The translations under genes were made by a program, and so were the position numbers. The notes under the pieces are model-generated. The model ran no database searches. It was not told the origin of the DNA and saw only the letters and a program-made list of their open reading frames with translations. A stretch of 64,000 bases of DNA, taken from contig CDRNVI010000030.1 in NCBI GenBank assembly GCA_977017575.1, forward strand, positions 1,054,001 through 1,118,000. The letters run 5' to 3'. The DNA is from Paramoeba atlantica (taxonomy: Eukaryota > Protista > Discosea). Positions 11,101-21,447 of the stretch are shown piece by piece. Within the stretch, counting starts at the first letter, position 1; each line of letters starts with the position of its first letter.

Positions 11101-11473
11101 CAATTTCATCAGGATCAAGTTCGTGAAAATGTGCTGGTTGAGTAGGATTAAGAGCCTCGGTACGGAGAAGCGCCTGGTGTTCATCCGTTAACTGATCAAA
11201 TCCATAAACGTGGAGATCGAAATCAAGATCTTCGTCCTCAACTCGAGTGCACTGAAAATGCTGCCATGCTGAAATATACCCGTGCTCTCCTCGAGGATCT
11301 CGAATTGGAACCCCGAATCGGGGACATCCTTTTTCGATTGCCTCACTACACTTGCGACAACGTGCTCGACTAGACGGAGCGTAACCAACCATGTATCTAC
11401 GCTCTTTTGCGCGCTTTTTTTCGTTATGAAGAGGAATCCAACTGCCGTGTTTATTTACAGTCAGCACGCTCAT
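8120..11473 (-). CDS. Rad16/Rhp16-like SNF2 helicase with N-terminal PARP-type zinc finger and internal RING
   Basis: zf-PARP (YAPSSRARCRKC...WQHFQC); GGLLADEMGMGKT; LDEAH; LTGTPLQN; RING (CALC...CLHTFHRNC...CPRC); helicase C-terminus (SLKAGGEGLNL, DPWWNP, QRVHRIGQ). Confidence 0.9.
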   Translation of the reverse strand: MSVLTVNKHGSWIPLHNEKKRAKERRYMVGYAPSSRARCRKCSEAIEKGCPRFGVPIRDPRGEHGYISAWQHFQCTRVEDEDLDFDLHVYGFDQLTDEHQALLRTEALNPTQPAHFHELDPDEIVKRGPLRAREPPPTLTQHLLPYQKEGFGWMCEQEEAAESADLSTARSAVRGGLLADEMGMGKTIQTVALLLERRGYGPTLVVCPLSSMLQWKEEIANYTEPGSLRVLVFHGSEKVLPSSEDILRADVVLTTYHTIEAQWRKLTAEKKIKCSYCGKAFLPRKMAVHLKYYCGPDAAKTLKQRKQEKKQSSQTVQKGLRSLKVVGENEAIVEASREVDGRSLASNYESDTLVQRFLTRRKNVVSHLTKNETTNSAKESVKSENIENIQKKMGTPMAIYRELMADAGRRAYSRFDRRDYIMKAENENSQKEGSELLKHSNSSPKTKVKGLKSAQGKPASLTAKEIIKNEGQNSLCEDTNSVAVKSEEEPLEIVECNDVETEACLRSSAKSKPSQKRLPEPTFRVSDCLKDSTDSDDDKPFLQRVKTNFRKDWEFKQAEDRDNAPLPEDEADIEGFEGVPLDFSRSVVHGIQWYRIVLDEAHKIKSKTTSTARGIFALRGSFKWCLTGTPLQNRVGELYSLIRFIRVPKFSRYYCQASDCKCTTLAYPFTWKQHRRCIQCGHGPLQHYGYFNKHVLNPIRRYGYIGDGRKGLLTLKEKVLDQVMLRRTKSERSADLNLDALQVSVSYVELRLEERDFYESLYKRSEAKFDTFVKKGTLLNNYAHIFDLLSSLRQALDHPYIVLYRAGSAELPEKGTATSNPALDICALCQDLVSPSHVTSTKPCLHTFHRNCLYEYISQAPQGDIGCPRCFSPLTLDLNSIRASKEEESNSSSSEDEEIRPIPPPQLPQENEPQGLPSLPKSGESKALLRGRRNILQRVDTSKFESSSKLEKITSLILRLPDQDKAIIFSQYANMLDLVEWRLQKEKVQTTKLLGSMPLVMRQSMLSKFRNPESSVKVMLISLKAGGEGLNLQVANHVFLIDPWWNPAVEMQAAQRVHRIGQCKKVYVTRFITRDTIEERMLELQQKKQLVFEGTIDAQRNSIAKLTEEDLRFLFSR

Positions 11474-12287
11474 TTAAAAAAGTTTCTAGAAATTGCATGT
11501 AGCAGAATAATGAATCATACGTATTTGATATGAATTCGTGAATGACGTGTATTTACTACGATGCATACAGATAATCTATCACTGTCATTATCAGGATAAT
11601 CTATCACTATCAGGAAAAGGTTTCACGAATGAATTCGCCAGCACACGCCATACTCCTAAAGTAATCCCCCATCTCCTCCCCATCCTAATGCTGACCGTTT
11701 TGACAAAGCGACGCTAAAAACTCCTTGGTAAAAAAGGAGGGCAAAAAAAGTAATCGGCATCAAAGCATAATAAGCATGCCGGAAACAATTTTCATGCTCC
11801 AACTTCTCTCTCTATCAAAGTCTCTCTATCAAAGTTGTAGAATTTACATAGCAATGCTTCTACTACAAGCATCGGCCATGTTGCCATATCCCGACAACTA
11901 CAAACAATCGCAACAACAACCCATCACAGTAACACACCTGAGAATAGAATATTCTTCCAAATCAGTGCACTGCAGAAGGCATTCGGGGGGTATTCGGCGG
12001 TTTAAACAGTGAGTATAGATCAAAAAAGTCTTGACACGCGTTGAGACGGAGGCTACAAGTACGAATGTACGAAAACCTCGGTCTCATCTCTTCATCGCAC
12101 TTCGTCTGATGATACACTCCCAAGTTCCTCAATCGTACATTATATCTAATCCTGCGATTCATTGGGATGTTACATTGGGCTCCTGATCGGGATTTTTTTT
12201 GTAAAGAGCAGCTTGCGTTTATAACAGACCTGCTATGTGAATGTCCCCTCGAAACAAATTTGTTTGACATCCTTGCAAAATTGGAAC

Positions 12288-12995
12288 TCATGAGGGTTGA
12301 AGCGCGCTACCATATTCACGCAATATCTTTTGAGCAAATCCTTGGTTCGAATTGCGGACAAATATATCCCCATCACCTAGGGCATGGGCACTCTTCTTGG
12401 CATCGCGCTCCTTGTCACGCTTCTCTTCTACACGTAGCGCTTCCTCCTTGACTCTGTTGCTCGCTGCCTCAAGAGTACTTTGGCGCAGGTCGGATACTTT
12501 CACAGAGGCGTATAATCTACGGAGAGCTTTGGAATATTCCTCCGACGCAGCTTCGGAGGCCAATAATGTGGAGCTCATGAGTCTCTCGCGGTCTACCGGG
12601 TGAAGTCGTTTAGGAGCTTCCTTTGAACCACGTAGGCGTTCCCAGTTTGTAGCACTCAACTTGGGTTTCTCATTTTTATTTGTTTTTTCTTTGTCGCTCG
12701 CTGTGGTGGGGATATCTTCAAGTTGTATGACGACTGAATTTGTTGCTGCTTGTTCTGCTCTTTGTTTATCTCTCCCTACATTTTTGGCAAGAAGTTCGGC
12801 TGATTCAATGTTTTTTTGAAGACACTGTTGCCGCATGACGAGAAGTTCTTTGAAACGTTCTTCGTTTGTTTTAGGGATAATTGGCGGAGTATACTCCATT
12901 TCATTACTTGGAACTGACATTAGTACAATAAAACTATAGACAAAACGTGATTGTAGTGATTCGCACATCTGCAGGAAGCAAGGGCCTCCCTCCAA
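12288..12995 (-). CDS. SYF2: SYF2-like splicing factor (NineTeen complex)
   Basis: C-terminal GDIFVRNSNQGFAQKILREYG resembles the SYF2 motif DVxYINERNxxFNxKLxRxYG. N-terminal ERFKELLVMRQQCLQKN also fits. Likely start is at 12920. Confidence 0.55.
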   Translation of the reverse strand: MEGGPCFLQMCESLQSRFVYSFIVLMSVPSNEMEYTPPIIPKTNEERFKELLVMRQQCLQKNIESAELLAKNVGRDKQRAEQAATNSVVIQLEDIPTTASDKEKTNKNEKPKLSATNWERLRGSKEAPKRLHPVDRERLMSSTLLASEAASEEYSKALRRLYASVKVSDLRQSTLEAASNRVKEEALRVEEKRDKERDAKKSAHALGDGDIFVRNSNQGFAQKILREYGSALQPS

Positions 12996-13264
12996 ATTAA
13001 AAAAACAACTTCGAAAGTATTGAGGGGGATTTACGATTCAAAGCGAAACTTTCGTTTAAAGGAAAATTCTTATCTCTTGGTGCCTTCTTTGGCTTCCCAC
13101 CCTACCCCTCCCTTGCATATTCCGAGAGTTACACAAGCAATGTAGCTTACTGAGCGTGTTAGTCTGAGTATCCACTGTAACTTGCAAAGTAAGGTTAACA
13201 TACTGAGTAGGTTTATCGTTTCGCATGGTCTTTCGCATGGTCAGGACACTATATTTTTCGTACT

Positions 13265-14893
13265 TCATGGCATATCTTCTTCATCTATTTTTAAGGCCTC
13301 GATGTCAGAGCAAATGCTAAGGTCTTCCTCCTCGTCTAGTTCAACATTTTGATTTTCTGGAGGTACGTCTGCTTGCCGTGATCGCATAAAGATTTGCACA
13401 TCTTTTCGATACTCTTGATCTCTTTCCAAGTCATCCATGAATTCATCTAGCTCTTCCTGATGTTCCTCCGGATTTCCCGTTGTCTTCTCTTTGCGAAGCG
13501 AACGAAGCTTCCACTTTCGTCTTCGTCGTCTGGCGGCGTAATCCGGATAAAATTTATGCACCAAAATCACGTCCGTCTGTGCCTTCGAAGAGTTCATATA
13601 CTGTGCAAACTCCTCGTGGTTGCTATTCAACGCGGAACACAAATATCCCATCGCGCTATCCCCGGGACGAAGCTGATGTCCCAGGTGGGTTTTGGTAATC
13701 CACTCACGTCCTTGTCCAATCTCACTCGCCAAACACACCGTAGCGTCCGCAAGCTGTAGTTTACCGTGCTCACGCCCAGGGAGGATTCGCAGATCAATAA
13801 CATAGAACTCTACCAGTTGTCTCGAGGAGGCGACCGATCGAAACGGCATTTTCCAAAACCGCGTACCCATCATATCCCCTACCCGTAACGACAGCGGTTC
13901 CAGGAACACCAGATGGGAGTGAACTTTATGACAAAGCACCAGGGGACCGAGCCCCCCGAGAGCTCGGCATATCTTAGTTGGGAGAAACACCAGATCCTCA
14001 CGACATATCGGAGCAATTTCTGCAGAGTACGTTGTGTGGGTCTCCGCGGTGTTACTTTTCACATCCGTAGTCACCAGCTGCACGGAGTCTTTACGCTGCA
14101 GTGGGACCTGACCCTGGACGAATTCCAGAAACCGCAGCCCGTGCATACGGTGCGCAAAGAAAAAATCCAGCCCATCAGGCTGCATCTCGATGCGGGTACA
14201 CTCCCGGTGCATTTCATGTTTTAAAATGATTTGCTCGAGGTAGAGAAAGGTACGACGATGGGGAACCTTCTGCCTGAGCTGCACGACAGCGTCCCACTGA
14301 GGTTGTCCCGTGGCAATGCGTTGACACATCTCACATTGCTGGTTGTGGATGGTGTATTCCACCACGAAGCCCTGGCGCACGACAGCGTCGTCAAAGAGCT
14401 CTTTTTGAATGGTCAGGCGAAGTTTAACGCGCTTGGAGTGAGGCTCGGTCCACAAAAAGGTGGCGTCGACGAGTTTAACCTTTGCCAGACCCTTGACTCG
14501 TTTGAGACATAGTCCCATCATTTCTTTGGACTCGAAAGGGGCTTTCATCCAAAACTTGGGGGGTTGCAAATAGCGCTCACAGCTGCGACAGTAGGATAGG
14601 GTGCTCTCCTTGGGGAAGCCAGAGGTTATGTCAATGTTGGATCGGATGCAATTGGCACACATATTTGTTGGATTACTTGGGATCGCTATCCCACAAAGAC
14701 AGCACATCACAGTGGGCAACGTCTCATTGAAATGGGCTGGTTGCTCCACACAGGGTGCGACGCTTTCGGAACCAAATTCATCAACATCCATCACAGGAGT
14801 ACGAACTAGAATGAATATATTCAGGATTTTGAGGTAATGATTGAAGATAGCGTATAATTTAAAGATGACCTGTTTCATTTTGTGAAGCTCCAA
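13265..14893 (-). CDS. NMD3: 60S ribosomal export protein NMD3
   Basis: CCLCGIAIPSNPTNMCANC, YCRSCERY, WTEPHSKR, QQCEMC, WDAVVQLRQKV, FLYLEQIILKH and DGLDFFF are all NMD3 motifs. Likely start is MDVDEF at 14791. Confidence 0.95.
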   Translation of the reverse strand: MELHKMKQVIFKLYAIFNHYLKILNIFILVRTPVMDVDEFGSESVAPCVEQPAHFNETLPTVMCCLCGIAIPSNPTNMCANCIRSNIDITSGFPKESTLSYCRSCERYLQPPKFWMKAPFESKEMMGLCLKRVKGLAKVKLVDATFLWTEPHSKRVKLRLTIQKELFDDAVVRQGFVVEYTIHNQQCEMCQRIATGQPQWDAVVQLRQKVPHRRTFLYLEQIILKHEMHRECTRIEMQPDGLDFFFAHRMHGLRFLEFVQGQVPLQRKDSVQLVTTDVKSNTAETHTTYSAEIAPICREDLVFLPTKICRALGGLGPLVLCHKVHSHLVFLEPLSLRVGDMMGTRFWKMPFRSVASSRQLVEFYVIDLRILPGREHGKLQLADATVCLASEIGQGREWITKTHLGHQLRPGDSAMGYLCSALNSNHEEFAQYMNSSKAQTDVILVHKFYPDYAARRRRRKWKLRSLRKEKTTGNPEEHQEELDEFMDDLERDQEYRKDVQIFMRSRQADVPPENQNVELDEEEDLSICSDIEALKIDEEDMP

Positions 14894-15081
14894 ATAGATA
14901 TTCTTATCCTAGGATACAAGAAAGAGTACCCTAGATGAAATTGGAGACAGAAGACAATGATTTCATACTTACAAGCCGTTTCTCAAAAGACAAGTGCAAC
15001 TGAAGCGGCACCGAAAAATAGAGATATACACGTTCGGAGAGATATTATATCTCTCCGTATATCATATACGTTTGGAACCAT

Positions 15082-16986
15082 CTAACGACGTTTTTTTCGA
15101 GGTTTCTTTTTGCCCTCCCGCTGAGCAGTGCGACGCTTACGCGTTGGGGTCTTCATTTCCTCTGGCGATGGCAACCTAATTTCTTCCGAAGATGATTCTT
15201 TACGGGCGGATTTGATAGGTGACCCACAACTCTCGATTTGTGTCGGGCGATGAGGTGTCATTGTCACGCCCTCTACGTTATGCAAACAAGCGAAGGCCTT
15301 TTCGCGGCGAAGCGCGGCCTTTGCTTCCGCCAGCTTCAAACCCAGCTCGTTACGAGATTCTTCAAGAGTTTTTTTCTCTTTTTCGGCATTCATAATCGAA
15401 GTTTGCAGCATTTGGCTCTCCTCTTGGACTCTTGGTTGCATGCTCTGAGGTACGGTGGGCATTTCTGCAGTGGAACCAAAATCTAGGTGTGTGATACTGG
15501 GTTCGGTATTTATTTGTGGTAGATGCAAGAGAGAGTAATTCTCCGTCTGAGATGATTGATCTAATGATTCTTGTAAAGCGATTCGTTCTCGTGAACGGGC
15601 TGAAAGCTCTTCCTCTAGATGCTCTATGCTCTCAACATGCTGCGCTCGCAAGTCCGATAAATGCTCTGTGACTTTCAAAGTTCTTTTTTGGACGTCTCTG
15701 AGGCGCCCTTCGAAATCTTCCTTCGCCATCAGGATCAGCTTCAACTGTTCGGCACATTGACTATTTTCAGATTTTCGATGAAATTTCGTTTGTTTTACAG
15801 ATGCCTTAATTCTGGCTCTCTTCTCGATTTGTGCCTTGTCACAAGCGGTTAATCGCTCAGCGCATGAGGCGACAATTTTGTTTAACTGTTGCTCAGTTTT
15901 GTCCCAATGAGAAGTTTTCCCTTCCACGTAGGAACGCGCTACCTCAGCATATGGCAATGCGTAACCGGGTGTTTCTAGCAAGATCGAGCATTTCTTTTGC
16001 AATTCGGATAATTCTTGTAACGCGTTTCCCTCACATCTCTCGTTTTCTTCTTGTTGCTGTTGCAATACACAGAGAGTAGTGCAACATTGATCTATTTCAT
16101 TTAGTAGGCGACTGTTTTCTTCAATTGCATAAGTTTTCGATTGTTCAATAGAAGTCTTCAGATTTGCAATTGTTTGTTCGAGTTGTACAGCCTCTTCATG
16201 CCGGGATAATATTTGTTTGCTCATGACAGTAACTTCTGCTTCACACCGACTCATCGTGGGCTGCAGTTCGTACTCCAAACGAAGTTTATGATCACGCAAT
16301 CGATTCTCACCCTGTTCTTTTAACAGAGCACAGTGATTTTCGTTCTCATACAAAGCAGTTTCAGCGTCTTTCATTCGTCCCAAAATTATTTCACATTTAG
16401 CTTGCAGTTCATCGTATTTCTGCTTGAATTCTGGAGAACCTGAATTGTGCGTAAGGTGAGAATCAAGAAAACCTAGATCACCGCGCGCATAGGACCGACG
16501 CGGCGTTTCGCCCGCAGAATAATACGGATAAGAGGAACCGGTAGAGGCGTCTTCGGGAGATAGATTGCTCGCGTACGAAGAAATTGACCCTTTTTCCAAT
16601 TGTGGCGAAAAATGTACGTGACGCTCGTCATTAAGAATGGTTGGTCTCTGTGAGGTTGGCGTCTGGACGTCTTCTACTTCCGTTACAGCAAGTGACACGG
16701 AGACTGCACACAACTCTTCGGGGGGGCTAGGAGGACCCTGTGCCATTAAGACAGATGCCGGTGTAAAAGTCGGTTCCCTGGCAAAAGGACTAGTTTTTAC
16801 ATCTCGTGCGAGGTTAGTTTGTAAGTCTTCTCCTTCCATACCATGGTGTGCATCATTCATGTATCTCATTTCCTGCTGAGTTCCCGAGGTTTCCGGATCA
16901 ATTTCATATTCTTCAAATACTTCTTCGGTATGCTGAAAAATATCACCAATACTTTCGTCCAAAAGACTTCCTCTCTCCTCACTCAT
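15082..16986 (-). CDS. Hypothetical coiled-coil protein with a basic C-terminal NLS-like tail
   Basis: 634-aa ORF rich in E/Q/K/L heptads, ending RKRRTAQREGKKKPRKKRR. Confidence 0.75.
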   Translation of the reverse strand: MSEERGSLLDESIGDIFQHTEEVFEEYEIDPETSGTQQEMRYMNDAHHGMEGEDLQTNLARDVKTSPFAREPTFTPASVLMAQGPPSPPEELCAVSVSLAVTEVEDVQTPTSQRPTILNDERHVHFSPQLEKGSISSYASNLSPEDASTGSSYPYYSAGETPRRSYARGDLGFLDSHLTHNSGSPEFKQKYDELQAKCEIILGRMKDAETALYENENHCALLKEQGENRLRDHKLRLEYELQPTMSRCEAEVTVMSKQILSRHEEAVQLEQTIANLKTSIEQSKTYAIEENSRLLNEIDQCCTTLCVLQQQQEENERCEGNALQELSELQKKCSILLETPGYALPYAEVARSYVEGKTSHWDKTEQQLNKIVASCAERLTACDKAQIEKRARIKASVKQTKFHRKSENSQCAEQLKLILMAKEDFEGRLRDVQKRTLKVTEHLSDLRAQHVESIEHLEEELSARSRERIALQESLDQSSQTENYSLLHLPQINTEPSITHLDFGSTAEMPTVPQSMQPRVQEESQMLQTSIMNAEKEKKTLEESRNELGLKLAEAKAALRREKAFACLHNVEGVTMTPHRPTQIESCGSPIKSARKESSSEEIRLPSPEEMKTPTRKRRTAQREGKKKPRKKRR

Positions 16987-17376
16987 TAAATTGTAAGTTC
17001 GAAGAAGAGAAAAAGATGAAAAATAAAAAGAGAAATTTTTGAAAGGCTACTTGAAAAATTAAAAAATTGAAGTTCTATCAGAGTGAATACTTCGTGCATA
17101 CTTCACGTGCAGCAAGAGAAGGGTAAAATACAGTGTAGATCCCAGCATGCCGACAAAAAAGTGTTACACGATGAACATCTTGACGGAAGAAGAAATCCAC
17201 TAAAAGCATGACAAAAAAGAATGCATGAAACTCTAGAGAGCCCTCATCAATAAGGAATATCTTGGTATTCCTTCATACAGGGGGGACATACAGTATGCAT
17301 ATACTGTATGCAGTATGCAGTATACTGAATACTGCAGTATGCATCATATGTATTTGTTTGAACGGTGCAAAGCTTC

Positions 17377-18342
17377 TCAGTCCGTTAAGTCCAAGCGACA
17401 CCGCTGGGGAAGTGCACCGTCGAAAGCATCAGTCCAGGAAGATCCTTGAAGTACTCGAGCCAGGGTATCTACTATGTGATTTATGGTAAGAACTCTGCAC
17501 ATGTTGGATCCCCCCGGTGGAAGATTCTCTTGTAAGGGTAGACGTGCATGTCTGATTCCGAGCGCTCGTGCCTTAGAAAGTGTTGCTCCCTTGTGTCGAT
17601 TACGGTCCACAAAGCCACCCACGACATAAATAGGTGACATGTCCAAACGTGATGTTTGATTGCAATAGCCAGCGCCTGAATCCGGACGAGTATGATATGT
17701 AGAAGTCTTCCCAGCTTCATGGATGGATGCGTCATCGATAACATCCTCTACATCATTGCTTGTTCGCCCTGATTTGACATTTATAAGAATTGCATCGCTG
17801 TCAGCCGTCAAGTAAATTAATCGAGAAAAATTGGTACGCCAAATTTGAGAAAGAGTTTCCTGTCGAAACTCACAGGGCCACTGGAGATGATGCGGATTTT
17901 GATTCAAAATTTGTTTGTGCAGAGCACCATCCTTCGTAAACCCGACGAAATATGGCCACAAACGGAAATCGGTCGCACGGCATAGGGCGTATACGGAGCG
18001 CACTTGATAGGCTGTGGATTTACACTGTTGCTCCGTCATGAACTCTTCGAATTCTAAATCAACTACAATCCCTATTTCACCATTCTTAGCAATATTCGCG
18101 TCACAAGAAAGCTTTTTCTGAGCTTCCCTAGCGATGCGCTCTTCTCGAGTGCGACTAAGAGCTTCCCGTTTGTGCTTCCGCTCTTCCTCTGTTAAGGCCT
18201 CCCAACGCTTCATAATGGTTTCCTTCTTACGTTCCTGCGCTTCGCGTCTTCGCAATTTCTGCTCGACTCGACGTTGTTCCCAATAGTCTAATACCTCACC
18301 GGACGATGCGATAGTTTCGCCAGAAAATTTACTGTTAGACAT
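17377..18342 (-). CDS. TRM10: tRNA (guanine-N1)-methyltransferase Trm10-like (SPOUT)
   Basis: Motifs IVVDLEF, LIYLTADS, YVVGGFVDRN, ARLPL and VLTINH. Confidence 0.9.
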   Translation of the reverse strand: MSNSKFSGETIASSGEVLDYWEQRRVEQKLRRREAQERKKETIMKRWEALTEEERKHKREALSRTREERIAREAQKKLSCDANIAKNGEIGIVVDLEFEEFMTEQQCKSTAYQVRSVYALCRATDFRLWPYFVGFTKDGALHKQILNQNPHHLQWPCEFRQETLSQIWRTNFSRLIYLTADSDAILINVKSGRTSNDVEDVIDDASIHEAGKTSTYHTRPDSGAGYCNQTSRLDMSPIYVVGGFVDRNRHKGATLSKARALGIRHARLPLQENLPPGGSNMCRVLTINHIVDTLARVLQGSSWTDAFDGALPQRCRLDLTD

Positions 18343-18960
18343 ACTAACCTAAGAACAGAGGCATCATAAAGATAAGAAAAGATAGGAATTTGGGAAACTG
18401 TGTGCATCAATGCTAAGGAGAGTACTTCAACGTTCAAACTAAATTATACAATCCATTTCTATTTCACGCATTTTTATATAAAATGTTATCAAAGACTTAT
18501 CAAATATCTCGCACCGAGATTCTAGTATCCCTGTTGCTGTGACGAATAACCATTATGGTAGAGTGAAAGACTACAAATACCGCGAAAAAGCAAGGAATGT
18601 CCTAGGTAGTTCATGACAGACTAATTGCATGTCAGGTACACAAGCAAGATGAACAGTAAATAGGCCATGGCATAAGGGGTTGATAACTCCCTTGTATGGT
18701 TAGAACCCACATTGGCCAAATTCGTCGAAACATTAACAAAACAGTCGTTCCAATAGCAAAATTGGTTTGGTTAAAATGCATAGCTCATTTACATTATCTC
18801 ACAACAAATATTTATTTCATAAATATTGTGATGCGTTAAGCCGAGAAACGGTTTTTAGATACCACGATAACTACCTAGAATTCTCCGACAAATAGTAATG
18901 ACGTTGAAAATTGCAAAAATGAAGGATACTCAAATGCAAGTGCGCAGGCGATTAGGCAAA

Positions 18961-19902
18961 TTATTTCTTTAAAAGTGTGTTTAACATGGAGACGTTAAAA
19001 CCTCCAGTCTTCTTTGAGTTCTGCTGGTACAATGGAATACCTGCTGGTGTACCTGTGGTTGAGTTTGCAGCCTTTGTCATAGATTTCTGCACCTGTTCTT
19101 CATTACAAAGACGTGATGCGTCTGGTGTTGTTCTGTCACCTTCTTTTCGATAGGTACTTGAATTCTTTATGGCTTGAGTAAAACTAAGATTCTGTCTGCT
19201 TTTAGGAGGATTAGAATCGTGCTTATGTGTTGCGTTAACACTTTCTTCAGACAGTAATTTCGGAGATTTACCCGCATCTGGCTTTGGCACGCGGCCTGGA
19301 AGATTTCGAATGGATGAATAAATAACGAATTCCTGAACAGCAGACTTAGTCTCAGCCGTCAGAGGTGAAGCGGTGTTCGAAAATGGCTCTCTATGTGAAA
19401 GTTGCTTCGGGGACATTGTTTCAGAAGAGCCTTCAAACACATTAGAATAAGGTACATCGCCGTTTAATCGATCCTCTATCGTGTCTTTCTCCTTCGCGAA
19501 TGATTTTAAAGATGCGTCCTGAACGCCTTTCGTGATTTCCTCAAGGGTACCCGAAAAAAGAGCATCAACTTCATTTACTGGATGCGTTTCTGACTGACTT
19601 TGGTTCAAAGCTTTTTTCTCGGATTTCTGGCGCTGATTAGCTTCGTATTGCATTCCAATTTCAAACGTTTCGTGATCTTTTGAAGCAACAGATCGCGTTT
19701 TCTGTAATTGAACCTTGTTCACTGGCACGCCGCGGGAAGGATTATAAAAATAAGACAATTCCGTTTGGACATCGGATGTACCTTCTTTCGATTTCATAGA
19801 ACGTTCGATCGCATACATCTCATCTATGCTGTACGTTCTTCGCAAGGCTGCAGTCATGAAGAAAATTATGCAAATACGAAGTTCCCTACTTAAAATATGC
19901 AA
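18961..19902 (-). CDS. Hypothetical, largely disordered protein
   Basis: 313-aa ORF on the gene strand with no recognised motif. Likely start is MTAALRR at 19857. Confidence 0.65.
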   Translation of the reverse strand: MHILSRELRICIIFFMTAALRRTYSIDEMYAIERSMKSKEGTSDVQTELSYFYNPSRGVPVNKVQLQKTRSVASKDHETFEIGMQYEANQRQKSEKKALNQSQSETHPVNEVDALFSGTLEEITKGVQDASLKSFAKEKDTIEDRLNGDVPYSNVFEGSSETMSPKQLSHREPFSNTASPLTAETKSAVQEFVIYSSIRNLPGRVPKPDAGKSPKLLSEESVNATHKHDSNPPKSRQNLSFTQAIKNSSTYRKEGDRTTPDASRLCNEEQVQKSMTKAANSTTGTPAGIPLYQQNSKKTGGFNVSMLNTLLKK

Positions 19903-20317
19903 CTCATATAAAACAGATGTAAAGACATATCATTAGTCATAATTATTATTATTATCAAAATTTAATCATTAGTGTAGGTGTTCCCTCTAGTAGAGGGTAC
20001 GCGCCTGCAAAAAAGATAAGAGGCATCTGTAAATCCTTACTTTACCTTCAGAAAACTTTCGCTGAGATAAGCAGTGTACAAGATTTTACTGTACCATATC
20101 CAGTATGTAATCTGTGAACCATTACGAGGGCCAATTTGACCAGAGCATTCAATGGAATTGATGACATGCAGGTGGGTGACAAGCACTGCAAATATCCCCT
20201 TCCCGATCGTATTCACATGTCGAGCATCGTACCACTTTTCAAACGTTCGGGTAAGCGCCTGCAAGGGCACGAAGGGAATATTTTTCAGTAAAATTCTGAT
20301 TCACGATGAAGTACTTA

Positions 20318-21334
20318 CTGTCCCCCCCCACTTAAGCGCAACCAGGTTTTGGCCTAAAATTGCGCATAAGTAGGCGGGTCAAAAAAAGGGGTGAAAAAAA
20401 ATTTGCGCGCCGCTTCGCGGCGCGTGTTTTAATCATGAGTTATGTACGCGGGGTGCCCCGGGGGGCTGCTTTTTATATACTCCCCCTCTAATTTCTATAA
20501 ATTATATTTTATAAAAAAAATGAGTTATTATTACTGTGACCCCCCCTTTATACTTCGCCCATTTTTATATCTATAAAAAATAATTAATGAAAATGGTAGT
20601 TCGTCGGCGTTAGTACCATCAGTGGAGGGGTGCAGACGGTACCTGTAGCTCGTTGTCGAACGGTGGCAACCAATCGCGATCGGTAACGACAGATCGCGAC
20701 CGGTTGCGAACGCTGTGGATATTTTTTCGAGGTTCGAAGTGTTTACCGATTCATTGGAAGATCAGTCGGACAGGGGGTGACGTGTGAGAGATAACTAGGG
20801 AGGAGGTACAGTACTTCGCTTGTATGGTTACTTATGCCTGCAAATGACCACATCACGAGGTAAGTGCCTTTTTTGCGAGCACCCGATCAATTGTAGGAAA
20901 AGAACGGACTTTTAAGAGCGTGGGTCCGAAATAAATTTATAAATTAAAGTTTAGTTTATCATGCACTTGTAGTGCAATTACCCACGTTATCTTTACCCGC
21001 CCCACATCTAGGCGGTGCCGCACGCTGGTGCGCTGATCATTTCAAAAGCGTACAGTACGTGGCAGGAGAGTTCCTCTGATGTACAGTACAGTATAGTATG
21101 CAAAGACTCGCCGTACAGACCGGTGAAGATCAGTGTGGATCAGAGGAGATCGCTGGAGATCATTTTTGAACGCCCAAAGGGACTCTCCATTTCAAGAGCG
21201 GCGAAAATCTGTACAAAAATTCGTACCACAAAAAAAAAATTGCGCCGCTTTGCGGCGCTGTTCTTCTGAACGATGCGTCAAAATTGCGCTTAAGTGGCCG
21301 GGTCAAACGGTTGCGCATAAGTAGGGGGGGACAG
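20318..21334. mobile_element. Non-autonomous DNA transposon (MITE-like, 1017 bp), TA-flanked
   Basis: Left TACTGTCCCCCCCCACTTAAGCGCAACC (20316-20343) versus reverse complement of the right end TACTGTCCCCCCCTACTTATGCGCAACC (21309-21336): 26/28 identical. Subterminal AAAATTGCGCwTAAGT repeats at ~20356 and ~21281. GCGCCGC-ttt/ttc-GCGGCGC hairpins at 20406 and 21242. Confidence 0.85.
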
Positions 21335-21447
21335 TACCCTATATTTTCATCTAAAACTCATGTTGCACACAAGTCAATAAATTAGACATACAGTCGAAAT
21401 TATACAAACGAAAGAGAGAGGCACAATAAGTGAGAGGGCAGAGTTAT

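Noticed and set aside
20308-21344. 8-bp hAT-type target duplication around the MITEs (treating TACTG as the TIR start)
   Set aside because: Flanks differ: gaagtact vs ccctatat for the first element, taagtaac vs ctataagg for the second.
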